Part shown: piece after piece, positions 1 to 11,340 of the stretch
How the letters are laid out: every line of letters starts with the position of its first letter
How positions within the stretch are numbered: position 1 is the first letter of the stretch
Assembly: GCF_006345805.1 (NCBI RefSeq)
Contig: NC_042998.1
Coordinates: 87,482,001-87,546,000, forward strand
Length of the DNA stretch: 64,000 nt
From: Octopus sinensis
Taxonomy: Eukaryota
Direction of reading: 5' to 3'
Notes under the pieces: model-generated
The model's database searches: none
Seen by the model: only the letters and a program-made list of their open reading frames with translations
What the model was told of the DNA's origin: nothing
Translations under genes and position numbers: made by a program

Positions 1-93
1 GATGAAGATGAAGATGAAGGTGAAGTTCCTAATGTAGAACCTTCATCTTCCAACAAGGCACATTTTGGGGAATTACTCACTGAACATATTAAG
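1..93 (+). CDS. YJU2: 3' part of an internal (probably penultimate coding) exon of splicing factor YJU2/CCDC94: DEDEDEGEVPNVEPSSSNKAHFGELLTEHIK
   Basis: Frame 1 is open from base 1 to AAG|GTAAGA, a donor at 94 in phase 0. It joins in frame to the exon at 9009. The acidic stretch followed by a Pro/Ser linker fits the YJU2 region just before the W-x-Q-S-V-G motif. Confidence 0.75.
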
Positions 94-286
94 GTAAGAT
101 AATTTCATGGTTTATTTTCTTCTTTTCACACTATATGAAGTTCTCTTTTATAACATGTATTTGGCAACCATCCTTACTATCACCAATTCCTTTCAAAACT
201 CATTAAGTATCCACTGAAACTTCATCAGCAATTGTGCTCTCCACTAGGAAGAGAGATTTACAATATGTTATTATCTATGAAATGAT

Positions 287-665
287 TGTTTCAAATTATG
301 GCACAAGGCCAGCAATTGTAGTGGGAATGGCATAGTTGATTATACCAACTCCATTATTCAACTAGTACTTTATTTTATTGACCTTGAAAGGATGAGATGC
401 AAAGCTGACCTTAGCTGGTTTTGAATTCAGTCTGTAATGAGCCGGAGGAAATGCTTCTAAGCATTTTGTCTGACATGTTAACAATCCTGCCATCTCACTG
501 CAATCCCATGAAGTAATCCTTTCTATCATAGGCACAAAGCTTGAAATCTTTGGGAGGGGCTTGAGGATTACATCAAACACTGCTTAACTGGCACTTATTT
601 CAACCCTGAAAGGATGAAAGGCAAGGTTTGACCACAGCAGAATTTGAACTCAGAACATAAAGCTA
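287..665 (-). mobile_element. Two adjacent degenerate tRNA-derived SINE copies (family C: ggcgagctggcagaatcgttagc head, cctttcatcctttcggggtcgataaa core, probably Meta/MESC domain)
   Basis: Reverse-complement matches to the well-preserved copy at 12025, e.g. gaaaggatgaaaggcaagg...gaatttgaactcagaac. Confidence 0.7.
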
Positions 666-771
666 TGAAATAATGAACATGCTTATTCACTGTACAATTA
701 GCTTTCTTTTACTGCAAAAAAACAAATGCATATACATTCATTCATTCATTTTTATTCTTATTATTCCATGC

Positions 772-960
772 GGGCATGGCTGTGTGGTTAGGGAGCTTGC
801 TTTCTAGCTACATGGTTTCGGGTTCAGTCCCACTGCGTGGCACTTTGGGTAGGTGTCTTCCACTATAGCCCCGAGCTGACCGGAGCTTTGTGATTGAATT
901 CGGTAGGTGAAAGTTACTGCCGTGTGTGTATATGTGCGTGTAGGTGCTTGTGCCTCTCCG
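772..960 (+). mobile_element. CORE-type tRNA-derived SINE (OR1/OR2-like)
   Basis: A/B-box-like head gcatggctgtgtggttag...gggttcagtccc, then a MIR-CORE-like gtggcactttgggtaggtgtcttc and a (TG)-rich tail. Confidence 0.75.
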
Positions 961-1311
961 AAAGAGAGAGAGAGGGGGTTTGTATGGATTAGGTGAATAT
1001 ATAATTGAGACCTCTTCCCTGCACTATTTAATTGAATGTATGAGTAACTAGCACACATACTTTGTCAGATATTTTCAGCATCTTGCCAACTACCTTTGAT
1101 TGGCTTGCTGCCTTCCTTGCTTCGATATTCTACATGATCGTTTTCACTGTGAAACAGTCAACCTTAATTTCTGGTCTTCTTATTGGATCTACATGAATTA
1201 ACCACTCTTTTCTATACAAATTCTCATTTACCAATGCCTGTAGCATAGTTTCCATGCTTCTTCAGCATAGATGAAGATGAGTGCATGTTTTGCTAAAAGA
1301 CAATCTGACAG

Positions 1312-1670
1312 GCTCAGGTATGGTTATGCTTCCAAGTGTCTTCTACTATAGTCCCAGTTTGATCAAAGCATTGTGAGTGGATTTGGTAGATATAAATATA
1401 TATATGTACGTGTGTGTGTGTATGTGTGCACCTATGCTTGACTTCATGTGATGATTTAACATGAGCATCATTGTCATACAAGTGATGTTGTTTGTTTCCA
1501 CTCTTCCATGAAACACAGCCTGACCATGAAGAAATATTACTTTGTTTGGAAACAGGTGAAAGTTTGTAGTAGTGAGGGAATCCTATTGTAGAAAATTTGC
1601 CTCAAGGAATCCCATCTGACCCATGCAAGCATGGAAAAGTGGACTTTAAAACGATGATGATGATGATTTA
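1312..1670 (+). mobile_element. CORE SINE with RTE-type 3' tail ending in (GAT)n
   Basis: aagtgtcttctactatag core. The 3' end cccatgcaagcatggaaaagtggactttaaaacgatgatgatg is shared with the RTE 3' UTR at 4936. Confidence 0.7.
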
Positions 1671-2028
1671 TGCTCGCATACTGTTTCATAATTTTGAGCA
1701 ACTCCTGCCTCCGATCCTCACTGTATAGAACGTTGATGACAAGACTCTTTTGGCTATCACTCTTACTAGATATACCTAACATTTGTCTCCTCTTCAAGTC
1801 ACCTGATACCATACCTTTCATCCACTTCTTGTTTAAAAGACTGTATGATGAAGTTAAAATAATAGACAGAGAACACCACTGGAAAATACGAAAACTAAAA
1901 GAGGCAGCACATATGCTTGGACACAATAACCTCCTAAGCAGGTATGTGTAGAATATGACAACCAGTATTAAGGAAGGCTACAAAATATTAGGTTTATAAG
2001 CCCTGAAATTCACTCTATAATTGCTGAT

Positions 2029-2530
2029 GGGCATATAGTGTAATGGTTAACAGCACAGGCTACTAACCCAAGATTCCGAGTTCAATTCTATAATTAATAA
2101 TAATAATTTCGTTATTGCTCATAGGGGGCTAAACATAGAGGGGACAAACAAGGACAGACAAAGGGATTAAGTCGATTACATTGACCCCAGTGTGTAACTG
2201 GTACTTATTTAATTGACTCTGAAAGGCTGAAAGGCAAAGTCAACCTTGGCGGAATTTGAACTCAGAATGTAACAGCAGATGAAATGCCATTAAGCATTTC
2301 ATCCGGTGTGCTAATGATTCTGCCAGCTCACCACTATAATAATAATAATAAATAATAATAACATCAGCAAAAATTACCTTTAGAATGAGAACTCAGGGTT
2401 GGGTTCAAAATTCCACCAGGACACCTGATGAAAGCGGGAGAGTATTTTCCAGTGGTGTTCTCTGTCTAGTCGTAAAATGGTAACAACAAACAAGATGAGG
2501 ACACATATCCATCCAATGTAAATAATGTAC
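2029..2530 (+). mobile_element. tRNA-headed repeat interrupted in its (TAA)n tract by a family C SINE
   Basis: A box tagtgtaatggtta and B box gagttcaattc at 2029-2088, then (TAA)n. The element resumes after 2360 and carries CTGATGA at 2425. Confidence 0.5.
2107..2334 (-). mobile_element. Family C SINE, full length, flanked by (TAA)n
   Basis: Reverse complement of the 12025-12258 copy (gaggggacaaacaaggacagac...gattctgccagctcacc). Confidence 0.85.
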
Positions 2531-4239
2531 CGGACTGCCTTGTTTCATGGTAGATGCTGCATCATTGCATCATTGAAGATGCACTCTGATTTTGGAAATG
2601 TAATTCTAGGAAAAGATTTTGATATACTGATCAAAGTCTCATGCACATGATTGGTCAGTGCCCTGTGGGCACATGCTAAATGCCAGCTGTCTGGCAAAAT
2701 TCGTGGAGAAACCAGTAGAATGCTCAGGATAAAATCATCAGACAATGATTAGACAATATTGAACTACTTCATATTTAAATGTGAGACATTTATGTCTCCT
2801 TTAGATGAGGGAGATAATTTACTGGACTGAAAATGGCTTTTCTGGTGGTGAATGTACAAAGTTATAGGCACTCAAGTGTCAACAAACAAAAAATTCCTGT
2901 TGAGATAGGAAGGTAAGCTTTTGCAATTTCTGAATAGATGGTGCTACTGCACCTCGGCCACTAGTAACTAAATAGCACAGCAACAAGGGTAGTGTAGTGT
3001 AACTGCTGTAGAATTTAAAAAAAAACCCAATTTTTTATATACTAGGTAATTGTATTTATATCAACAACATATTAGATAAATCAAATGTATTATTGTACAA
3101 AATATACTTGCAATTGCTAAGTAGTGAGATAGGGGCTGATTTCAGTCAAACCATTGTAACACCTTCCCCAGTTACCTTTTGGAAGACTCACAGTAATTTT
3201 CAAAGTATTTTCTTTTGCAAAAAACTGTGTTTTCCAGACTGCAAAATACAGTAATTTTACATACAATTTACATTTCTTTTATTTGCTTGCTTATTTCATG
3301 TAATGAAGCGGTGCAAATGATCTCCCTTGATATATAAACTAATTCTTAACTCTTAAGTACTGTATTTGATGGCATAAAAGATGCATGGGTATTTTAGATG
3401 CATCTCAACTTCAACAGCACATATTCCAGGAAAAATGGTTTTACTGCATTAAACCATGTAATTTAGGACTGATTTTGCATGTAGGACCAAGGGGTATATT
3501 TCTGAGACATTTTTTTGAGAATGATGATTTTTTTTTTTTTGCGGAAAGTGCATCGTGCATGACATCAAATATGGTAATTTAGTCTACACTTAAACTGAAC
3601 CGTTATAAATTTCTCTATGGCACATTTTGTCATAAATTGCAGCTGCTTGTAAAGTGTTCTTCTCATTTACCATTTCTCATAGTATATTTTCATGCTTCTT
3701 GTCAGCATCAATAAGTGTGTGTGTGTGTGTGTGTCCTTGCTTTATAATACTGACAAGTTTCTTACATTTGATCACTCCATCTTGCTTGATATATCTAATG
3801 GCTGTCTTTTCCTTTAGCCATCAGATATCATTCCTTGTTTCCATTTTCCTCAATTCTTTCCAAGTTTGTCTCTTAGATTTTATGACTCCGTGATGCCCTG
3901 TATTAGAGGAGCGGGATATGTCATTCTGCTCTGATGCCATTCATAGAGTTCATTGGTGGCTCACTGTTGGATGCTTTGCAAGAGCATCATATTATCCTCT
4001 ATGTCGCTTATGCTCCATCTATAAATAATATACATCATTATTTAAATATATACATTTAGTGTGTCCAATAATTACTTTAGGAAGATTTTGAAAAATTGAA
4101 AACTATACATTGCCTACATTACTACTTAAAAAATATTTTGTTGTTAAAAAATAATTACTAATAATTGCTACTTTAGAGTTAACTGTGTGGTAGTAAGCTG
4201 GTTGTTTAGTTGAATTGAAAAAGAAAAAATAGAAGTTAG

Positions 4240-4392
4240 AATTTGGCATAAGGAAGGGCATCCAGCTGTAGAAACATTACTAGATCAGATTGAGCCTGGT
4301 GCAGCCTTCTGGTTCACCAGTCCTCAGTCAAACCATCCAACCCATGCCAGAAAGCAGGCGTTAATTGACAATAATGACGATGATGATGATAA
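4240..4392 (+). mobile_element. RTE 3'-end fragment with (GAT)n tail
   Basis: aggaagggcatccagctgtagaaac...cagtcaaaccatccaacccatgccag matches the reverse complement of 4950-5080. Confidence 0.7.
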
Positions 4393-5089
4393 CATCAGAT
4401 GTAAGCATTTTTCAATGCATCCAATTCACATTACAGACAAAGAGATATAAAAGCTGTTAAAAAAAAGACCCCTTGTGAGTGATGGATTCCTAGTTTTTAT
4501 TAGAATATTTGTTTAGGAGAAGAATGGTACTCTGATGTAAAATCTGAGGAACAAGAGCAGTTTCCCATGCAAGTTTCTCTATTTTATGCCTCTAGCATTT
4601 CTAATGGAAATAAAAAGCTGATACAGCACCAGTGTTGTCATAGGTGTTTTCATTAGAACACATACAACCAGCAGGAGATTTAGGGGTAGACCAAGTGCAA
4701 GTTGGTTGGTTGAATAATGTCCACAGTTCCAATTAGTCTTTGAGATCCTGTTGGATAGTGTAATAATGGTTGCATCTGATAGGACTTTATGGAAGAGGTG
4801 CCTAAGGACTCTATTACAACAATCCTCCTTGGAATAGTGGGTAGTGAAAATGGACAGATTGATGGATGGGCATACAGCCAGAGCAAGTATTTTAAGACAT
4901 TCTGTCTGATGTTTTATCAAGAATTCCTGGTATTTCATCATCATCATCGTTTAACATCCATTTTCAATGCTGGCATGGTTTGGATGGTTTGACTGAGGTC
5001 TGGAGAGCCAGTGGCTGCACCAGGCTCCAATCTGATCTGGCAATGTTTCTATAGCTGGATGCCCTTCCTAATGCCAACCACTCTGAGAG

Positions 5090-5400
5090 TGTAGTGGGTG
5101 TTTTTTATGTGCCACCGGCATAGGAGCCAGTTGGTGGGGGCCTGGCATTGATCACGTTTGGATAGTACTTTTTACGTGCCAGTCAGGGAGTACTGGCATC
5201 AGCCATGTTTGGATGGTGCTTTTTACGTGCTACTGGCACAGGAGCCAGCCAGGTTGACCTGACATCCACCATGTTTGGATGGTGCTTTTTATGTGCTACC
5301 GGCATGGAAGCCAGTCAGGGGACACTGGCATTAACCACATTTGGATGATGCTTTTTATGTGCCACTGGAACAGGAGCCAGTCAGAGGGCACGGGCCACAG
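5090..5400. repeat. ~66-bp minisatellite (5 units) in the RTE 3' UTR
   Basis: gatggtgctttttacgtgc... units start at 5212, 5278 and 5344 (period 66). One unit is internally deleted. Confidence 0.85.
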
Positions 5401-6475
5401 CTACGATTTTGGTTTTACTTGATTCGAGAGGTCTTCTCAAGCATATCATATTTCCTGATGCTGCAAAGGTACTCTTAAATGGACCAGACATGCAACACTG
5501 GCGATGGCCATGACTGCGATCTCACTTTAGTTGGTGAGTTTTCTCAATCACCACATATCTCCAAAGGTCTCCATCTTCTGTCATTGCCTTTGTAAGGCCC
5601 AATGTTTGATGGTCATGCTTCACCAGCTCTTGTCTTCCTGGGTCTACCTCTTCCACAGGTAGGGTGTGGCACTTCCTCATACAGCTGTCCTCATCCATAT
5701 GTAACACATAACCATACCAGCACAGTTGTCTCTCTTGCACACTACATCTGATGCTTCTTATGTCCAACTTTTCTCTCAGGGCACTTTCACTCTCTTGTGT
5801 ATGCACAATGACATTACACATCCAGCAGATCATACTAGCTTCATTTCTTTCAAGCCTGCTCATGTCCTCAGCTGTGTAGCATCGCAGTTTGCACACATCC
5901 ATCATACAGTCTAACTTTCACCCTGAGCAAGAGGCCCTTAGTTGCCAACGGAGGTAGGAGCTCCCTGAACTATTCTTACTGTAGTTGCTACACTCTCAAA
6001 GCAACTACCCCACTACAGACTTGATTGCCTAGGTTGCGGAAGCTATTAACTACTTCTAGTTTCTTCCCCTGGCTTGTGATGGAATCTGTTTTCTGTACAT
6101 CTTAGTGTTTATTGCCCCTGTGCATCTGCCACACACAAAAACTGTCTTCCTGGTTAACTTTCCTTTGATATTGCTGCACCTTTTATGTGTCCATAGCTTA
6201 CACTGGGTACATCGTATGGAGTTTCTACCCACACCTTTTCTACAGATTGAGTAGGGCCATCTACGTGGAGGGGTTTGTGATTTGTCAGCTCTCCTACTTA
6301 AGATTTTAGATTTTGCTAGGTTAACCCTAAGGCCCTTCGATTCTTGCTCTTGCTTCCACACCCTAAACTTCGTCTCTAGTTCTGGCAGTGACTTGGCTGT
6401 TAGAGCAAGGTCATCAGTATAGAGGAACTCCCAAGGGCAGCTGTCTTGAATTCTTCTGTTATTGCCTGGAGGACT

Positions 6476-6805
6476 ATTATTAGTATGTTGATTATTTTGA
6501 TTCAGCCTTTGAGGTTAGGATTTATAATTATGTTAGAATTTTGATGAGGATTATGGTTTCTTTTTTTGTTTATTCTTGATATGGTTATATATTGTTTTTG
6601 GTTTATGTGGGTGGTTTATTGGTGATATTTATATATATTATTAGTTTAATACCTAAATTGATTTTTTTTCTAAAGGGTTAATTATATATATATATATTAA
6701 TTGGGCTTATTGCATTTTTCTTAATGAAGTTTTTATATATTCATATTCAGATGTGGGTATGCTACATATAAAAATAATGGCGATTAAATTTATGATTTTG
6801 GGTAC
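6476..6805 (+). pseudogene. nad6: NUMT: mitochondrial nad6 fragment inserted in the RTE RT region
   Basis: Invertebrate mitochondrial code with one frameshift near 6536 gives ISMLIILIQPLSLGFMIML-ILMSIMVSFFVYSWYGYMLFLVYVGGLLVMFMYIISLMP. This is the conserved nad6 W-Y-x-Y-x-LFLVYVGG-x-LV-x-F-x-Y-x-x-SL-x-P segment. Composition is T/G-rich and mitochondria-like. Confidence 0.85.
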
Positions 6806-7659
6806 ATCTAGATTAGTGACAAGAAGATGGGGCTGAGGACTGATCCTTGGTGAACACCTACTTCTACTCAGAATTCTTCACTATACTTGTTCCTAACCCT
6901 CACCTTACTGAAAGCATCCCTGTACAGGGCTTGTACAGTTTTTACTAACCACTCGTCTATCACCAGTTTCCGCATTGACCACCAGATGAGGGATCGGGGG
7001 ACCCTGTCAAAGGCTTTTTCCAAGTCAACAAAAGCCAAGTACAGAGGTTTATCTTTTGGCTAAGTATTTCTCCTGCAGTTGCCTTACCAGAAATATAGCA
7101 TCAGTGGTGCTTCTGCCTGGCACAAAACCAAACTGCATCTCATCTAGGCTAACTCTCTCCCTAATTAGTTGGGCTATGACCCTCCCTGTAACTTTCATCA
7201 CCTGATCCAATAATTTGATACCCGCTGTAGTTATTTCTATCTGAAGCATCACCTTTACCTATGTAGCAGTTGACTATGATGCTGCTACACCAGTCATTGG
7301 GTATGACTCCTTCATGAACTACCTGTTTATTCAAGATGTTTGTGTTCTTTTTAGAGATAATGAACTCAGTTGTTTTATGTCAGTATTCAATTAATAGTAA
7401 GAACTATAAAGTTAGCGGTAGGCTTCTGGAAAATGGAGTTTGTTTTCTTGGTTTTCTTATTGTTAATTATTTACTTCCTATAATTAAAGAGTCAATTACC
7501 TTTTGATTTATATATAGTTGAATAATACATCTATTTTTAAATTAGAAAATATATTTGTTTTTATCAAGTTAGTTGGGTAATACATAGCTTCAAAACAGTA
7601 TTGATAATGACTTTATTTGGATACAAGGCTTTAAAGAAAGGAAAATGAAAATGTGCAGC

Positions 7660-8100
7660 ATCCATGCCATTTTTGTGTGGCTAAAATGTTTGCTTCCCAT
7701 TTGCATAGCTTTGGGTTTGTCCCACTGTGTAGCCCCTTAGGTAAGTGTTTTCTACTATAACCCTCAGTCAATCAAAGCCTTGTGAGTGGATATGGTTGAC
7801 AGAAACTGCAAAAAGACTGTTGTATGTGTGTGGTGAGGTGTATGTATGCATATGTTTGTGTCTCATCTTGATATTGCATGATAATTGTAAAGGAGTATCA
7901 CCATTGTGCAAGTGGTGTCATTTGTTTCCTATCTTCCATGAAAAAATATCAGGCCAGGGGAAATATTAACTTGCTTGATGAGAAACAGATGATGGTTGGT
8001 AACAGGAAGGGCATCTGGCCGTAGAAAATCTGTCTCAGGAATTTCCATCTGATCTATGTAAACATGGAAAAGTAGACTTAAATTCATGAGGATGAGAATG
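7660..8100 (+). mobile_element. CORE SINE with RTE-type tail
   Basis: gggtttgtcccactgtgtagc...ggtaagtgttttctactataa...ccaatcaaagccttgtgagtgga, then acaggaagggcatctggccgtagaaaatctg. Confidence 0.7.
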
Positions 8101-8541
8101 ATAATGAATTTATCGGTTTCTTGGTTTGGCACCACCACCTAACACTTCGATACATTTAGTGGAGTTGCCTGTTTTAAGCTTTCAAGTCCAGGCATCAAGA
8201 TCAAAGAGAACTTCCTTCCACCAGTTTCAGAGGACTTGAAAAATGTCGTTGGCACCACCTTCCACCTCTAAGTCATAAAAAAAAAACAGTTGGAGGGCAT
8301 TATTTAAATGGTTTGTTAGTTTGTTGCAGTGATTTCATTTGAAATATTCAAATACTTTTAGAGTTACATAGTATAGTAGTATATTTTGGCACTGAATCAT
8401 CCAGAGATCAACGAGTTTATTATCTCCATGAAATTGTTGATGATATAAAACAGTGGGCAATAAAAACAACAACAAAAATCTCTAAAAAATGTTTTTGAGA
8501 GTCTTAAAAATATCAAAACTAGTTTATAGGTTGAGGCGTGG

Positions 8542-8935
8542 TTGTATATATAGTTTGGAAGTCTGTTTTCCAGTTACTAGGGTTTAGGGTTTAGTCCACC
8601 TATATGGCATCTTCCACTAAAGCGTTGTGCTGACCAAAGCCTTGTGAGTGGATCTGGTTTGAAGAAACTGAAAGAAGCCCATTGTATATATATATGTGTG
8701 TGTTTATGCTTGTGTCTTCTTGTCTTGACATGGTGTGACAGTAGTGAGTGTCAGTGTCATGCAAGAGCTGTGTCACTTGTTTTCAGCCTTCTTTGAAAAT
8801 ATGTCTGGTTGTGTAGAAATATTTCTTTGCTTGGCAATAAGCAAAGGTTGATGACAGGAAGGGCATGTAGCTATAGAAAATATGTCTTTATGATTTCCAT
8901 CTGATACATGCAAACAAGGAAAAATGATGATGGTT
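8542..8935 (+). mobile_element. CORE SINE with RTE-type tail just upstream of the YJU2 acceptor
   Basis: gaccaaagccttgtgagtggatctgg...gaaactgaaagaagcccattg...gacaggaagggcatgtagctatagaaaa. Confidence 0.7.
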
Positions 8936-9008
8936 CTACTTGTCTTTAATTAATGTTTAATAATTGATTTCTGTGTTTCTAATTCTTTTTCTTTTCTCCT
9001 TTTTACAG

Positions 9009-9329
9009 GATGATGCTGTTGTACAGAAGAAACGCGTTTGGAATCAGAGTGTAGGTTTACTCTCTTCAAAGTCTCTGTCTTCCCTGGTTAAGAAGAAAAA
9101 GGGTTCTGAAACTGTTACAGATGAGAGCAGTGAGACATGCAAAAAGAATTCAACTGATACAAAATGTAAAACAGAAACTAACGCAAAAAGTAAATCATGT
9201 GACAAGACAGATGAGCCAACAAATGACAATTCCACAAAGACTTCAAAAGTCCAAAAGAATGGAACTGCACCAGTATCATCAGCTCTTAGTTTGCTTGGAA
9301 ACTATTCTGATTCTGACAGTGATAGTTAA
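9009..9329 (+). CDS. YJU2: Last coding exon of YJU2/CCDC94 (CWC16 family)
   Basis: Translates DDAVVQKKRVWNQSVGLLSSKSLSSLVKKKK...SSALSLLGNYSDSDSDS*. This matches the remembered vertebrate CCDC94 C-terminus ([22 protein letters not shown] ... SSLSQLGAYLDSDDS). Strong acceptor upstream; TAA at 9327-9329. Confidence 0.8.
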   Translation, partial: DDAVVQKKRVWNQSVGLLSSKSLSSLVKKKKGSETVTDESSETCKKNSTDTKCKTETNAKSKSCDKTDEPTNDNSTKTSKVQKNGTAPVSSALSLLGNYSDSDSDS

Positions 9330-10289
9330 AGAGAAAAAGAAAGAAAAGAAATTTTCTTTATAAAGTATAAAATATGTTTGTTATTATTAATGCAGGAGTG
9401 TTATCAGACATGGTAGTGTGTCAAACTAAAAATTCATTATAATTTTGTCCCTAGGTTCTGGGTTTAGATCTTACAAGGATGAACTTTGCTTTTCAACCCT
9501 CTCAGGTTGATGATGTAAGTACTAGTAATATGATGGGGGAGATTCAATTGGCTACAAAAGAAATCCTCCTATGATTTTAATGTTGACGCATCAGAGAATG
9601 AAAGAACAGCTTGTGCTACATTCTTGACAATGATAGCACCCATCACTTACAAGAGATCTTCTTTTTGTATCAGTTCACTTTATGTCACTAAAATTCTTAT
9701 CAAAAGAATGTGATTGTGTTGTCACACAATGTTTTTTCTCTATATCAGAAGTCAATTTATTAATTTTTATGTTAAATGTTCAAATATTTTATTCTAAAAC
9801 CAGTGTTTTTTTTTCTTTTTTCAATATGATTATTGAAATATCTGTATTCTTCTTTCTTTTTCACTCCCAAAATTGACCAACTGACTGAAATGTTAGGGTA
9901 GCGGATAGGATGCTTTGTGGAATTTGATCTGATTGTCAGTATTTCTGAGTTCAAATTGTGCCAATGCCAACCTTGCCATTCATATTTTCAGAGGCAACAA
10001 AAAGGGACTTATCCAGGACAGTGGATTGATGGAACTGTTAAGTGGTCAAGTAAGATCCCTTGTGGGTCTCTTCTGGTCATTTGTACTTTGACAACAAGAC
10101 TTGCAATGAGACTAGCACCAACCTTCACCAATAAGAATATGGAAACATGAGTCAGCTGTTAAATACTGAAAGTTAGGATTGAGCCTGATACTTTTAGATC
10201 TTCAGTCTAATGCTCTTTCAACTGAACTATTTCAGCTGTTGTGTGAATCAACAAACACAAATTATAGGGCAAGAAAAGTAGTAAGATTT

Positions 10290-10560
10290 TATTTAATATA
10301 TGCTGGTTCCATGTTAAAAGCACTGGTTCCATATAAAAAAAGTACTCATCCTGGTGCCATGTTAAAAGTACTGGTGCTGAAGCCACATAAAAATCAACCT
10401 GTACACTCTGTAAAGTGGTTGGTGCTACGAAGGGCATCCATCTGTAGAAGCTATGCCAGAATAAACAATGGGGCCTTGTGTGGCCTCCAGCCTTACCAAC
10501 TCTGGTCAAGCCATCCAACTCCTGTCTGCATGGGGACTGGATATTAAATGATAATGATAT
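10290..10560 (+). mobile_element. RTE 3' UTR fragment
   Basis: gtacactctgtaaagtggttggtgctacgaagggcatccatctgtagaa...caagccatccaactcc, followed by a (GAT)-like tail. Confidence 0.65.
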
Positions 10561-10744
10561 GGATTGTACAATATATTTTTGTGTTGCTGTATTTCCAAAG
10601 ACATAATAAATAACTGCGCACTGTGTAATCCTTTCACTGCTGTTTTTACATCCACCTTTTCCATGCTGTCATGGGTTAGATGAGTCTTCATTAGGTAGTA
10701 TTCTATTGCTGGATGCTTTTCATGTTGCCATATGAAATGTCCAG

Positions 10745-10940
10745 TATGTGTTTAACTAACTGCCACTCCATCAGTTACGACGAATGTTTTAGTTGATTCG
10801 ATCAGTAGAATAACCTACTTGTGGAATTAATGTGCAATTGGTCGAGTACTCCACAAAGATGCATACCCTTAATGTATTCTCAGGGAGATTCAGTGTGATA
10901 CAGAATGTGATAAGGTTGGCCTTTTAAAATACAGGTTCTG
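10745..10940 (-). mobile_element. Second CORE-type SINE family, 3' part (same family as 24343-24600)
   Basis: ctccatcagttacgacga...gagtactccaca...aatacagg aligns with 24350-24530. Confidence 0.65.
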
Positions 10941-10943
10941 TTC

Positions 10944-11340
10944 ATCATCATCATCATCATCATCGTTTAACTTCCGCTTTCTATGCTGGCATGGGTTGGA
11001 TGGTTTGACTAAGGCTGCACCAGGCTCCAATCTCCAAGGTTTCTATAGCTGGATACCCTTCCTTATGCCAACCACTCTGAGAGTGTAGTGGGTGCTTTTT
11101 ACGTGTCACTGGCATGGGGCCCAGTCAGGCGGCACTGGCATCGACCACGCTCGAATGGTGCTTTTTACGTACCACCGGCACGGAGGTCAGTCAAGTGACA
11201 CTGGCATCCACCACGCTCGAATGGTCATTTTTTTATGTACCACTGGCACGAGAGCCAATCAGGCGGCACTGGCAACGACCACGTTTGAATGATGCTTCTT
11301 ACGTGCCACTGGCACGGGAGCCAGTCAGGCGGCACATAAA
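10944..11340 (-). mobile_element. RTE 3' UTR with 4 units of the 66-bp minisatellite and (GAT)n tail
   Basis: catcatcatcgtttaacttccgc...ggctgcaccaggctccaatc, homologous to 4936-5400. Units recur at 11092 and 11158. Confidence 0.85.

Larger units (their letters stand above)
4936..7250 (-). mobile_element. 5'-truncated RTE-clade non-LTR retrotransposon (RT pseudogene, 3' UTR, (GAT)n tail)
   Basis: Minus-strand motifs: QFGFVPGRSTTDAIFLVRQLQEKY, FVDLEKAFDRVP, GVHQGSVLSP, a degenerate LYxDDL, a Cys-rich PHD-like insert (WPYSICRKGVGRNSIRCTQCKLWTHKRC...CGRC), and a C-terminal ERQLCWYGYVLHMDEDS. Several stops and frameshifts. Confidence 0.9.
94..9008 (+). other. YJU2: 8.9-kb GT-AG intron of YJU2, filled with SINEs, an RTE and a NUMT
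   Basis: Donor GTAAGA at 94. Long polypyrimidine tract ttcttttt cttttctcct ttttacAG ends at 9008. Both ends are phase 0. Confidence 0.75.

Noticed and set aside
2029-2088. tRNA gene
   Set aside because: Only the A/B-box head is present. There is no acceptor-stem 3' half, and it runs into (TAA)n, so it is a SINE head.
9330-9400. Polyadenylation signal of YJU2
   Set aside because: Only TATAAA-type variants are present just after the stop, with no canonical AATAAA. The 3' end needs transcript data.
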